64,000 nt of DNA from Nemertoderma westbladi (taxonomy: Eukaryota > Animalia > Xenacoelomorpha), in contig JAUCBJ010000742.1 of assembly GCA_032718475.1 (NCBI GenBank), positions 1-64,000 on the forward strand. The letters run 5' to 3'. The stretch's first letter is position 1. Each line of letters starts with the position of its first letter. A model generated the notes under the pieces. It made no database searches. It was given only the letters and a program-made list of their open reading frames with translations, and was not told the origin of the DNA. The position numbers and the translations under genes were made by a program. Below, piece by piece: positions 49,501-64,000 of the stretch.

Positions 49501-52500
49501 GACAGGTGAGATATTGGTAAACTACAACCCAAGACAGGTGAGATATTGCGAAAATACAACCAGGACAGGTGAGATATTGGGAAACTACAACCCAGGACAG
49601 GTGAGATATTGGTAAACTACAACCCAGGACAGGTGAGATATTGGTAAAATACAACCCAGGACAGGTGAGATATTGGGAAACTACAACCCAGGACAGGTGA
49701 GATATTGGTAAACTACAACCCAAGACAGGTGAGATATTGCGAAAATACAACCAGGACAGGTGAGATATTGGGAAACTACAACCCAGGGCAGGTGAGATAT
49801 TGGTAAACTACAACCCAGGGCAGGTGAGATATTGGTAAACTACAACCCAGGGCAGGTGAGATATTGGGAAAATACAACCCAGGACAGGTGAGATATTGGT
49901 AAACTACAACCCAGGACAGGTGAGATATTGGTAAACTACAACCCAGGACAGGTGAGATATTGGTAAACTACAACCCAGGACAGGTGAGATATTGGGAAAC
50001 TACAACCCAGGACAGGTGAGATATTGGTAAACTACAACCCAGGACAGGTGAGATATTGGTAAACTACAACCCAGGACAGGTGAGATATTGGTAAACTACA
50101 ACCCAGGACAGGTGAGATATTGGGAAACTACAACCCAGGACAGGTGAGATATTGGTAAACTACAACCCAGGACAGGTGAGATATTGGTAAACTACAACCC
50201 AGGACAGGTGAGATATTGGTAAACTACAACCCAAGACAGGTGAGATATTGCGAAAATACAACCAGGACAGGTGAGATATTGGTAAACTACAACCCAGGAC
50301 AGGTGAGATATTGGTAAACTACAACCCAAGACAGGTGAGATATTGCGAAAATACAACCAGGACAGGTGAGATATTGGGAAACTACAACCAGGACAGGTGA
50401 GATATTGCGAAAATACAACCAGGACAGGTGAGATATTGGGAAACTACAACCTAAGGACAGGTGAGATATTGGGAAACTACAACCCAGGACAGGTGAGATA
50501 TTGGTAAACTACAACCCAGGACAGGTGAGATATTGGTAAACTACAACCCAAGACAGGTGAGATATTGCGAAAATACAACCAGGACAGGTGAGATATTGGG
50601 AAACTACAACCCAGGGCAGGTGAGATATTGGTAAACTACAACCCAGGACAGGTGAGATATTGGTAAACTACAACCCAGGACAGGTGAGATATTGCGAAAA
50701 TACAACCCAAGACAGGTGAGATATTGCGAAAATACAACCAGGACAGGTGAGATATTGGGAAACTACAACCAGGACAGGTGAGATATTGGTAAACTACAAC
50801 CCAAGACAGGTGAGATATTGGTAAACTACAACCCAGGACAGGTGAGATATTGGTAAACTACAACCCAAGACAGGTGAGATATTGCGAAAATACAACCAGG
50901 ACAGGTGAGATATTGCGAAAATACAACCAGGACAGGTGAGATATTGGTAAACTACAACCCAAGACAGGTGAGATATTGGTAAACTACAACCCAGGGCAGG
51001 TGAGATATTGGTAAACTACAACCCAAGACAGGTGAGATATTGGTAAACTACAACCCAAGACAGGTGAGATATTGGTAAACTACAACCCAGGACAGGTGAG
51101 ATATTGGGAAACTACAACCCAGGACAGGTGAGATATTGCGAAAATACAACCAGGACAGGTGAGATATTGGTAAACTACAACCCAAGACAGGTGAGATATT
51201 GGTAAACTACAACCCAGGACAGGTGAGATATTGGTAAACTACAACCCAAGACAGGTGAGATATTGGTAAACTACAACCCAGGGCAGGTGAGATATTGGTA
51301 AACTACAACCCAGGGCAGGTGAGATATTGGTAAACTACAACCCAGGGCAGGTGAGATATTGCGAAAATACAACCAGGACAGGTGAGATATTGCGAAAATA
51401 CAACCAGGACAGGTGAGATATTGGTAAACTACAACCCAGGACAGGTGAGATATTGGTAAACTACAACCCAGGACAGGTGAGATATTGGTAAACTACAACC
51501 AGGACAGGTGAGATATTGGTAAACTACAACCCAAGACAGGTGAGATATTGGTAAACTACAACCCAGGGCAGGTGAGATATTGGTAAACTACAACCCAAGA
51601 CAGGTGAGATATTGGTAAACTACAACCCAAGACAGGTGAGATATTGGTAAACTACAACCCAGGACAGGTGAGATATTGGGAAACTACAACCCAGGACAGG
51701 TGAGATATTGCGAAAATACAACCAGGACAGGTGAGATATTGGTAAACTACAACCCAAGACAGGTGAGATATTGGTAAACTACAACCCAGGACAGGTGAGA
51801 TATTGGTAAACTACAACCCAAGACAGGTGAGATATTGGTAAACTACAACCCAGGGCAGGTGAGATATTGGTAAACTACAACCCAGGGCAGGTGAGATATT
51901 GGTAAACTACAACCCAGGGCAGGTGAGATATTGCGAAAATACAACCAGGACAGGTGAGATATTGCGAAAATACAACCAGGACAGGTGAGATATTGGTAAA
52001 CTACAACCCAGGACAGGTGAGATATTGGTAAACTACAACCCAGGACAGGTGAGATATTGGTAAACTACAACCAGGACAGGTGAGATATTGGTAAACTACA
52101 ACCCAGGACAGGTGAGATATTGGTAAACTACAACCCAGGACAGGTGAGATATTGGTAAACTACAACCCAGGACAGGTGAGATATTGCGAAAATACAACCA
52201 GGACAGGTGAGATATTGGTAAACTACAACCCAGGACAGGTGAGATATTGGTAAACTACAACCCAGGACAGGTGAGATATTGCGAAAATACAACCAGGACA
52301 GGTGAGATATTGGTAAACTACAACCCAGGACAGGTGAGATATTGGTAAACTACAACCAGGGCAGGTGAGATATTGGTAAACTACAACCAGGACAGGTGAG
52401 ATATTGGTAAACTACAACCCAGGACAGGTGAGATATTGGTAAACTACAACCAGGACAGGTGAGATATTGGTAAACTACAACCCAGGACAGGTGAGATATT

Positions 52501-55500
52501 GCGAAAATACAACCAGGACAGGTGAGATATTGCGAAAATACAACCAGGACAGGTGAGATATTGGTAAACTACAACCCAGGACAGGTGAGATATTGGTAAA
52601 CTACAACCCAGGACAGGTGAGATATTGGTAAACTACAACCAGGACAGGTGAGATATTGGTAAACTACAACCCAGGACAGGTGAGATATTGGTAAACTACA
52701 ACCCAGGACAGGTGAGATATTGGTAAACTACAACCCAGGACAGGTGAGATATTGCGAAAATACAACCAGGACAGGTGAGATATTGGTAAACTACAACCCA
52801 GGACAGGTGAGATATTGGTAAACTACAACCCAGGACAGGTGAGATATTGCGAAAATACAACCAGGACAGGTGAGATATTGGTAAACTACAACCCAGGACA
52901 GGTGAGATATTGGTAAACTACAACCCAGGACAGGTGAGATATTGCGAAAATACAACCAGGACAGGTGAGATATTGGTAAACTACAACCCAAGACAGGTGA
53001 GATATTGGTAACCTACAACCCAGGGCAGGTGAGATATTGGTAAACTACAACCCAGGGCAGGTGAGATATTGCGAAAATACAACCAGGACAGGTGAGATAT
53101 TGGTAAACTACAACCAGGACAGGTGAGATATTGCGAAAATACAACCAGGACAGGTGAGATATTGGTAAACTACAACCCAGGACAGGTGAGATATTGGTAA
53201 ACTACAACCCAGGACAGGTGAGATATTGGTAAACTACAACCCAGGACAGGTGAGATATTGGTAAACTACAACCCAGGACAGGTGAGATATTGGTAAACTA
53301 CAACCCAGGACAGGTGAGATATTGCGAAAATACAACCAGGACAGGTGAGATATTGGTAAACTACAACCCAGGACAGGTGAGATATTGGTAAACTACAACC
53401 CAGGACAGGTGAGATATTGCGAAAATACAACCAGGACAGGTGAGATATTGGTAAACTACAACCCAGGACAGGTGAGATATTGGTAAACTACAACCCAGGA
53501 CAGGTGAGATATTGCGAAAATACAACCAGGACAGGTGAGATATTGGTAAACTACAACCCAGGACAGGTGAGATATTGGTAAACTACAACCCAGGACAGGT
53601 GAGATATTGGTAAACTACAACCCAGGACAGGTGAGATATTGGTAAACTACAACCCAGGACAGGTGAGATATTGGTAAACTACAACCCAGGACAGGTGAGA
53701 TATTGCGAAAATACAACCAGGACAGGTGAGATATTGGTAAACTACAACCCAGGACAGGTGAGATATTGGTAAACTACAACCCAGGACAGGTGAGATATTG
53801 GTAAACTACAACCCAGGACAGGTGAGATATTGGTAAACTACAACCCAGGACAGGTGAGATATTGGTAAACTACAACCAGGACAGGTGAGATATTGGTAAA
53901 CTACAACCCAGGACAGGTGAGATATTGGTAAACTACAACCCAGGACAGGTGAGATATTGCGAAAATACAACCAGGACAGGTGAGATATTGGTAAACTACA
54001 ACCCAGGACAGGTGAGATATTGGTAAACTACAACCCAGGACAGGTGAGATATTGGTAAACTACAACCCAGGACAGGTGAGATATTGGTAAACTACAACCC
54101 AGGACAGGTGAGATATTGGTAAACTACAACCAGGACAGGTGAGATATTGGTAAACTACAACCCAGGACAGGTGAGATATTGGTAAACTACAACCCAGGAC
54201 AGGTGAGATATTGCGAAAATACAACCAGGACAGGTGAGATATTGGTAAACTACAACCCAGGACAGGTGAGATATTGGTAAACTACAACCCAGGACAGGTG
54301 AGATATTGGTAAACTACAACCCAGGACAGGTGAGATATTGGTAAACTACAACCCAGGACAGGTGAGATATTGGTAAACTACAACCCAGGACAGGTGAGAT
54401 ATTGGTAAACTACAACCCAGGACAGGTGAGATATTGCGAAAATACAACCAGGACAGGTGAGATATTGGTAAACTACAACCCAGGACAGGTGAGATATTGG
54501 TAAACTACAACCCAGGACAGGTGAGATATTGCGAAAATACAACCAGGACAGGTGAGATATTGGTAAACTACAACCCAAGACAGGTGAGATATTGGTAACC
54601 TACAACCCAGGGCAGGTGAGATATTGGTAAACTACAACCCAGGGCAGGTGAGATATTGCGAAAATACAACCAGGACAGGTGAGATATTGGTAAACTACAA
54701 CCCAGGACAGGTGAGATATTGGTAAACTACAACCCAGGACAGGTGAGATATTGGTAAACTACAACCCAGGACAGGTGAGATATTGGTAAACTACAACCCA
54801 GGACAGGTGAGATATTGGTAAACTACAACCCAGGACAGGTGAGATATTGGTAAACTACAACCCAGGACAGGTGAGATATTGGTAAACTACAACCAGGCCA
54901 GGTGAGATATTGGTAAACTACAACCCAGGACAGGTGAGATATTGGTAAACTACAACCCAGGACAGGTGAGATATTGGTAAAATACAACCCAGGACAGGTG
55001 AGATATTGGTAAACTACAACCCAGGACAGGTGAGATATTGGTAAACTACAACCAGGCCAGGTGAGATATTGGTAAACTACAACCCAGGACAGGTGAGATA
55101 TTGGTAAACTACAACCCAGGACAGGTGAGATATTGGTAAACTACAACCCAGGACAGGTGAGATATTGGTAAACTACAACCCAGGACAGGTGAGATATTGG
55201 TAAACTACAACCCAGGACAGGTGAGATATTGGTAAACTACAACCAGGCCAGGTGAGATATTGGTAAACTACAACCCAGGACAGGTGAGATATTGGTAAAC
55301 TACAACCCAGGACAGGTGAGATATTGGTAAAATACAACCCAGGACAGGTGAGATATTGGTAAACTACAACCCAGGACAGGTGAGATATTGGTAAACTACA
55401 ACCAGGCCAGGTGAGATATTGGTAAACTACAACCCAGGACAGGTGAGATATTGGTAAACTACAACCCAGGACAGGTGAGATATTGGTAAAATACAACCCA

Positions 55501-58500
55501 GGACAGGTGAGATATTGGTAAACTACAACCCAGGACAGGTGAGATATTGCGAAAATACAACCAGGACAGGTGAGATATTGCGAAAATACAACCAGGACAG
55601 GTGAGATATTGGTAAACTACAACCCAGGGCAGGTGAGATATTGGTAAACTACAACCCAGGACAGGTGAGATATTGGTAAACTACAACCCAGGACAGGTGA
55701 GATATTGGTAAACTACAACCCAGGACAGGTGAGATATTGGTAAACTACAACCCAGGACAGGTGAGATATTGGTAAACTACAACCCAGGACAGGTGAGATA
55801 TTGGTAAACTACAACCCAGGACAGGTGAGATATTGCGAAAATACAACCAGGACAGGTGAGATATTGCGAAAATACAACCCAGGGCAGGTGAGATATTGGT
55901 AAACTACAACCCAGGACAGGTGAGATATTGGTAAACTACAACCAGGACAGGTGAGATATTGGTAAACTACAACCCAGGACAGGTGAGATATTGGTAAACT
56001 ACAACCAGGACAGGTGAGATATTGGTAAACTACAACCCAGGACAGGTGAGATATTGGTAAACTACAACCAGGACAGGTGAGATATTGGTAAACTACAACC
56101 CAGGACAGGTGAGATATTGGTAAACTACAACCCAGGACAGGTGAGATATTGGTAAACTACAACCCAGGACAGGTGAGATATTGGGAAAATACAACCCAGG
56201 ACAGGTGAGATATTGCGAAAATACAACCAGGACAGGTGAGATATTGCGAAAATACAACCAGGACAGGTGAGATATTGGGAAACTACAACCCAGGACAGGT
56301 GAGATATTGGTAAACTACAACCCAGGACAGGTGAGATATTGGTAAACTACAACCCAGGACAGGTGAGATATTGCGAAAATACAACCTAGGACAGGTGAGA
56401 TATTGCGTAAAATACAACCAGGACAGGTGAGATATTGGTAAACTACAACCCAGGACAGGTGAGATATTGGTAAACTACAACCCAGGACAGGTGAGATATT
56501 GCGAAAATACAACCTAGGACAGGTGAGATATTGCGAAAATACAACCAGGACAGGTGAGATATTGGTAAACTACAACCCAGGACAGGTGAGATATTGGTAA
56601 ACTACAACCCAGGACAGGTGAGATATTGGTAAACTACAACCCAGGACAGGTGAGATATTGGTAAACTACAACCCAGGACAGATGAGATATTGGTAAACTA
56701 CAACCCAGGACAGGTGAGATATTGGTAAACTACAACCCAGGACAGGTGAGATATTGGTAAACTACAACCCAGGACAGGTGAGATATTGGTAAACTACAAC
56801 CCAGGACAGGTGAGATATTGGTAAACTACAACCCAGGGCAGGTGAGATATTGCGAAAATACAACCAGGACAGGTGAGATATTGGTAAACTACAACCCAGG
56901 ACAGGTGAGATATTGCGAAAATACAACCTAGGACAGGTGAGATATTGCGAAAATACAACCAGGACAGGTGAGATATTGGTAAACTACAACCCAGGACAGG
57001 TGAGATATTGCGAAAATACAACCTAGGACAGGTGAGATATTGCGAAAATACAACCAGGACAGGTGAGATATTGGTAAACTACAACCCAGGACAGGTGAGA
57101 TATTGGTAAACTACAACCCAGGACAGGTGAGATATTGGTAAACTACAACCCAGGACAGGTGAGATATTGGTAAACTACAACCCAGGACAGATGAGATATT
57201 GGTAAACTACAACCCAGGACAGGTGAGATATTGGTAAACTACAACCCAGGACAGGTGAGATATTGGTAAACTACAACCCAGGACAGGTGAGATATTGGTA
57301 AACTACAAACCAGGACAGGTGAGATATTGGTAAACTACAACCCAGGACAGGTGAGATATTGCGAAAATACAACCAGGACAGGTGAGATATTGGTAAACTA
57401 CAACCCAGGACAGGTGAGATATTGCGAAAATACAACCAGGACAGGTGAGATATTGGTAAACTACAACCCAGGACAGGTGAGATATTGCGAAAATACAACC
57501 AGGACAGGTGAGATATTGCGAAACTACAACCAGGACAGGTGAGATATTGCGAAAATACAACCAGGACAGGTGAGATATTGCGAAAATACAACCAGGACAG
57601 GTGAGATATTGCGAAAATACAACCAGGACAGGTGAGATATTGCGAAAATACAACCAGGACAGGTGAGATATTGCGAAAATACAACCAGGACAGGTGAGAT
57701 ATTGCGAAAATACAACCAGGACAGGTGAGATATTGCGAAAATACAACCAGGACAGGTGAGATATTGCGAAAATACAACCAGGACAGGTGAGATATTGCGA
57801 AAATACAACCAGGACAGGTGAGATATTGGGAAAATACAACCAGGACAGGTGAGATATTGCGAAAATACAACCAGGACAGGTGAGATATTGCGAAAATACA
57901 ACCAGGACAGGTGAGATATTGCGAAAATACAACCAGGACAGGTGAGATATTGCGAAAATACAACCAGGACAGGTGAGATATTGCGAAAATACAACCAGGA
58001 CAGGTGAGATATTGGGAAAATACAACCAGGACAGGTGAGATATTGGTAAACTACAACCCAGGACAGGTGAGATATTGGTAAACTACAACCCAGGACAGGT
58101 GAGATATTGGTAAACTACAACCCAGGACAGGTGAGATATTGCGAAAATACAACCTAGGACAGGTGAGATATTGCGAAAATACAACCCAGGACAGGTGAGA
58201 TATTGGTAAACTACAACCCAGGACAGGTGAGATATTGCGTAAACTACAACCTAGGACAGGTGAGATATTGCGAAAATACAACCAGGACAGGTGAGATATT
58301 GGTAAACTACAACCCAGGACAGGTGAGATATTGGTAAACTACAACCCAGGACAGGTGAGATATTGCGAAAATACAACCTAGGACAGGTGAGATATTGCGA
58401 AAATACAACCTAGGACAGGTGAGATATTGCGAAAATACAACCAGGACAGGTGAGATATTGGTAAACTACAACCCAGGACAGGTGAGATATTGCGAAAATA

Positions 58501-61500
58501 CAACCTAGGACAGGTGAGATATTGCGAAAATACAACCAGGACAGGTGAGATATTGGTAAACTACAACCCAGGACAGGTGAGATATTGGTAAACTACAACC
58601 CAGGACAGGTGAGATATTGGTAAACTACAACCCAGGACAGGTGAGATATTGGAAACTACAACCCAGGACAGGTGAGATATTGGTAAACTACAACCCAGGA
58701 CAGGTGAGATATTGCGAAACTACAACCAGGACAGGTGAGATATTGGTAAACTACAACCCAGGACAGGTGAGATATTGCGAAAATACAACCAGGACAGGTG
58801 AGATATTGCGAAACTACAACCCAGGACAGGTGAGATATTGCGAAAATACAACCAGGACAGGTGAGATATTGCGAAAATACAACCAGGACAGGTGAGATAT
58901 TGCGAAAATACAACCAGGACAGGTGAGATATTGCGAAAATACAACCAGGACAGGTGAGATATTGCGAAAATACAACCCAGGACAGGTGAGATATTGCGAA
59001 AATACAACCAGGACAGGTGAGATATTGCGAAAATACAACCAGGACAGGTGAGATATTGCGAAAATACAACCAGGACAGGTGAGATATTGCGAAAATACAA
59101 CCAGGACAGGTGAGATATTGGTAAACTACAACCCAGGGCAGGTGAGATATTGGTAAACTACAACCCAGGACAGGTGAGATATTGGTAAACTACAACCGAG
59201 GACAGGTGAGATATTGGGAAACTACAACCCAGGGCAGGTGAGATATTGGTAAACTACAACCCAGGACAGGTGAGATATTGGTAAACTACAACCCAGGACA
59301 GGTGAGATATTGGTAAACTACAACCCAGGACAGGTGAGATATTGGTAAACTACAACCGAGGACAGGTGAGATATTGGGAAACTACAACCCAGGACAGGTG
59401 AGATATTGCGAAAATACAACCAGGACAGGTGAGATATTGCGAAACTACAACCAGGACAGGTGAGATATTGCGAAAATACAACCAGGACAGGTGAGATATT
59501 GCGAAAATACAACCAGGACAGGTGAGATATTGCGAAAATACAACCAGGACAGGTGAGATATTGCGAAAATACAACCAGGACAGGTGAGATATTGCGAAAA
59601 TACAACCAGGACAGGTGAGATATTGCGAAAATACAACCAGGACAGGTGAGATATTGCGAAAATACAACCCAGGACAGGTGAGATATTGGTAAACTACAAC
59701 CCAGGGCAGGTGAGATATTGGTAAACTACAACCCAGGACAGGTGAGATATTGGTAAACTACAACCCAGGACAGGTGAGATATTGGGAAAATACAACCAGG
59801 ACAGGTGAGATATTGCGAAAATACAACCAGGACAGGTGAGATATTGCGAAAATACAACCAGGACAGGTGAGATATTGCGAAAATACAACCAGGACAGGTG
59901 AGATATTGCGAAAATACAACCAGGACAGGTGAGATATTGCGAAAATACAACCAGGACAGGTGAGATATTGCGAAAATACAACCAGGACAGGTGAGATATT
60001 GCGAAAATACAACCCAGGACAGGTGAGATATTGCGAAAATACAACCAGGACAGGTGAGATATTGCGAAAATACAACCAGGACAGGTGAGATATTGCGAAA
60101 ATACAACCAGGACAGGTGAGATATTGGAAAATACAACCAGGACAGGTGAGATATTGCGAAAATACAACCAGGACAGGTGAGATATTGCGAAAATACAACC
60201 AGGACAGGTGAGATATTGCGAAAATACAACCAGGACAGGTGAGATATTGGGAAACTACAACCCAGGACAGGTGAGATATTGCGAAAATACAACCAGGACA
60301 GGTGAGATATTGCGAAAATACAACCAGGACAGGTGAGATATTGCGAAAATACAACCAGGACAGGTGAGATATTGCGAAAATACAACCAGGACAGGTGAGA
60401 TATTGGGAAACTACAACCCAGGACAGGTGAGATATTGCGAAAATACAACCAGGACAGGTGAGATATTGCGAAAATACAACCAGGACAGGTGAGATATTGC
60501 GAAAATACAACCAGGACAGGTGAGATATTGCGAAAATACAACCAGGACAGGTGAGATATTGCGAAAATACAACCAGGACAGGTGAGATATTGGGAAAATA
60601 CAACCAGGACAGGTGAGATATTGCGAAAATACAACCAGGACAGGTGAGATATTGGGAAACTACAACCCAGGACAGGTGAGATATTGGTAAACTACAACCC
60701 AGGACAGGTGAGATATTGGTAAACTACAACCCAGGACAGGTGAGATATTGGTAAACTACAACCCAGGACAGGTGAGATATTGCGAAAATACAACCAGGAC
60801 AGGTGAGATATTGCGAAAATACAACCAGGACAGGTGAGATATTGCGAAAATACAACCAGGACAGGTGAGATATTGCGAAAATACAACCAGGACAGGTGAG
60901 ATATTGCGAAAATACAACCAGGACAGGTGAGATATTGGGAAACTACAACCCAAGACAGGTGAGATATTGGTAAACTACAACCCAGGACAGGTGAGATATT
61001 GGTAAACTACAACCCAGGACAGGTGAGATATTGCGAAAATACAACCAGGACAGGTGAGATATTGCGAAAATACAACCAGGACAGGTGAGATATTGCGAAA
61101 ATACAACCAGGACAGGTGAGATATTGCGAAAATACAACCAGGACAGGTGAGATATTGGGAAACTACAACCCAGGACAGGTGAGATATTGCGAAAATACAA
61201 CCAGGACAGGTGAGATATTGCGAAAATACAACCAGGACAGGTGAGATATTGCGAAAATACAACCAGGACAGGTGAGATATTGCGAAAATACAACCAGGAC
61301 AGGTGAGATATTGCGAAAATACAACCAGGACAGGTGAGATATTGGGAAAATACAACCAGGACAGGTGAGATATTGGTAAACTACAACCCAGGACAGGTGA
61401 GATATTGGTAAACTACAACCCAGGACAGGTGAGATATTGGTAAACTACAACCCAGGACAGGTGAGATATTGCGAAAATACAACCCAGGACAGGTGAGATA

Positions 61501-64000
61501 TTGCGAAAATACAACCTAGGACAGGTGAGATATTGCGAAAATACAACCAGGACAGGTGAGATATTGCGAAAATACAACCAGGACAGGTGAGATATTGCGA
61601 AAATACAACCAGGACAGGTGAGATATTGGGAAACTACAACCCAAGACAGGTGAGATATTGGTAAACTACAACCCAGGACAGGTGAGATATTGGTAAACTA
61701 CAACCCAAGACAGGTGAGATATTGCGAAAATACAACCAGGACAGGTGAGATATTGCGAAAATACAACCAGGACAGGTGAGATATTGCGAAAATACAACCA
61801 GGACAGGTGAGATATTGCGAAAATACAACCAGGACAGGTGAGATATTGGGAAACTACAACCCAAGACAGGTGAGATATTGGTAAACTACAACCCAGGACA
61901 GGTGAGATATTGGTAAACTACAACCCAAGACAGGTGAGATATTGGTAAACTACAACCCAAGACAGGTGAGATATTGGTAAACTACAACCCAGGACAGGTG
62001 AGATATTGGTAAACTACAACCCAGGACAGGTGAGATATTGCGAAAATACAACCAGGACAGGTGAGATATTGCGAAAATACAACCAGGACAGGTGAGATAT
62101 TGCGAAAATACAACCAGGACAGGTGAGATATTGCGAAAATACAACCAGGACAGGTGAGATATTGGGAAACTACAACCCAAGACAGGTGAGATATTGGTAA
62201 ACTACAACCCAGGACAGGTGAGATATTGGTAAACTACAACCCAAGACAGGTGAGATATTGGTAAACTACAACCCAAGACAGGTGAGATATTGGTAAACTA
62301 CAACCCAGGACAGGTGAGATATTGGTAAACTACAACCCAGGACAGGTGAGATATTGCGAAAATACAACCAGGACAGGTGAGATATTGCGAAAATACAACC
62401 AGGACAGGTGAGATATTGCGAAAATACAACCAGGACAGGTGAGATATTGGGAAACTACAACCCAGGACAGGTGAGATATTGCGAAAATACAACCAGGACA
62501 GGTGAGATATTGCGAAAATACAACCAGGACAGGTGAGATATTGCGAAAATACAACCAGGACAGGTGAGATATTGCGAAAATACAACCAGGACAGGTGAGA
62601 TATTGCGAAAATACAACCAGGACAGGTGAGATATTGGGAAAATACAACCAGGACAGGTGAGATATTGGTAAACTACAACCCAAGACAGGTGAGATATTGG
62701 TAAACTACAACCCAGGACAGGTGAGATATTGGTAAACTACAACCCAGGACAGGTGAGATATTGCGAAAATACAACCCAGGACAGGTGAGATATTGCGAAA
62801 ATACAACCTAGGACAGGTGAGATATTGCGAAAATACAACCAGGACAGGTGAGATATTGCGAAAATACAACCAGGACAGGTGAGATATTGCGAAAATACAA
62901 CCAGGACAGGTGAGATATTGGGAAACTACAACCCAGGGCAGGTGAGATATTGGTAAACTACAACCCAAGACAGGTGAGATATTGGTAAACTACAACCCAG
63001 GACAGGTGAGATATTGGTAAACTACAACCCAGGACAGGTGAGATATTGCGAAAATACAACCAGGACAGGTGAGATATTGCGAAAATACAACCAGGACAGG
63101 TGAGATATTGCGAAAATACAACCAGGACAGGTGAGATATTGCGAAAATACAACCAGGACAGGTGAGATATTGCGAAAATACAACCAGGACAGGTGAGATA
63201 TTGGGAAACTACAACCCAGGACAGGTGAGATATTGGTAAACTACAACCCAAGACAGGTGAGATATTGGTAAACTACAACCCAGGACAGGTGAGATATTGG
63301 TAAACTACAACCCAGGACAGGTGAGATATTGGTAAACTACAACCCAGGACAGGTGAGATATTGCGAAAATACAACCTAGGACAGGTGAGATATTGCGAAA
63401 ATACAACCAGGACAGGTGAGATATTGCGAAAATACAACCAGGACAGGTGAGATATTGCGAAAATACAACCAGGACAGGTGAGATATTGGGAAACTACAAC
63501 CCAAGACAGGTGAGATATTGGTAAACTACAACCCAGGACAGGTGAGATATTGGTAAACTACAACCCAGGACAGGTGAGATATTGGTAAACTACAACCCAG
63601 GACAGGTGAGATATTGCGAAAATACAACCTAGGACAGGTGAGATATTGCGAAAATACAACCAGGACAGGTGAGATATTGCGAAAATACAACCAGGACAGG
63701 TGAGATATTGCGAAAATACAACCCAGGACAGGTGAGATATTGGTAAACTACAACCCAGGACAGGTGAGATATTGCGAAAATACAACCCAGGACAGGTGAG
63801 ATATTGCGAAAATACAACCAGGACAGGTGAGATATTGCGAAAATACAACCAGGACAGGTGAGATATTGCGAAAATACAACCAGGACAGGTGAGATATTGG
63901 GAAACTACAACCCAAGACAGGTGAGATATTGGTAAACTACAACCCAGGACAGGTGAGATATTGGTAAACTACAACCCAGGACAGGTGAGATATTGGTAAA
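31571..64000 (+). repeat. Minisatellite array B; 32-bp unit CAACCCAGGACAGGTGAGATATTGGTAAACTA and 31-bp variant CAACCAGGACAGGTGAGATATTGCGAAAATA; about 1,000 copies, running off the window end
   Basis: Read directly. The unit equals the last ~20 nt of exon 31485-31590 (TAACCTACCACCCAGGACAG) plus the first ~12 nt of the intron (GTGAGATATTGG). Confidence 0.98.

Noticed and set aside
33300-63848. Numerous ORFs such as MYFRNISPVL and MVNYNPGQVRY
   Set aside because: Translations of the satellite in stop-free frames, mostly from non-ATG starts; mixed 31/32-bp units shift frame.
31571-64000. CRISPR array (repeat length about 32 bp)
   Set aside because: Units are contiguous with no unique spacers, there are no cas genes, and the context is a spliceosomal gene.

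Overview
Eukaryotic, probably invertebrate animal, genomic DNA. The window holds four + strand exons of a divergent CAMTA-like gene (ankyrin-containing calmodulin-binding transcription activator): 1318-2757, 28704-28908, 29002-29146 and 31485-31590. They join in frame through GT-AG introns. About 87% of the window is two giant minisatellite arrays whose units are copies of this gene's own exon-intron junctions. Array A (47/51-bp unit, 2869-28745, roughly 480 copies) repeats the 3' splice acceptor plus the start of the next exon, inflating an intron of about 134 nt to 25.9 kb. Array B (32/31-bp unit, 31571 to beyond 64000, roughly 1,000 copies) repeats the exon end plus the 5' donor CAG|GTGAGA. 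The arrays bracket a symmetric phase-0 three-exon cassette of 456 nt, share a GTAAAC(C)TAC motif, and have a 10-nt reverse-complementary segment. Array A is interrupted by a 2.7-kb TIR DNA transposon with a 4-bp TSD. Two opposite-strand RTE-like LINE fragments and some MITE-like remnants lie in other introns. Nearly all ORFs in the supplied track are repeat artefacts. All calls were made by eye; copy numbers are length/unit estimates.
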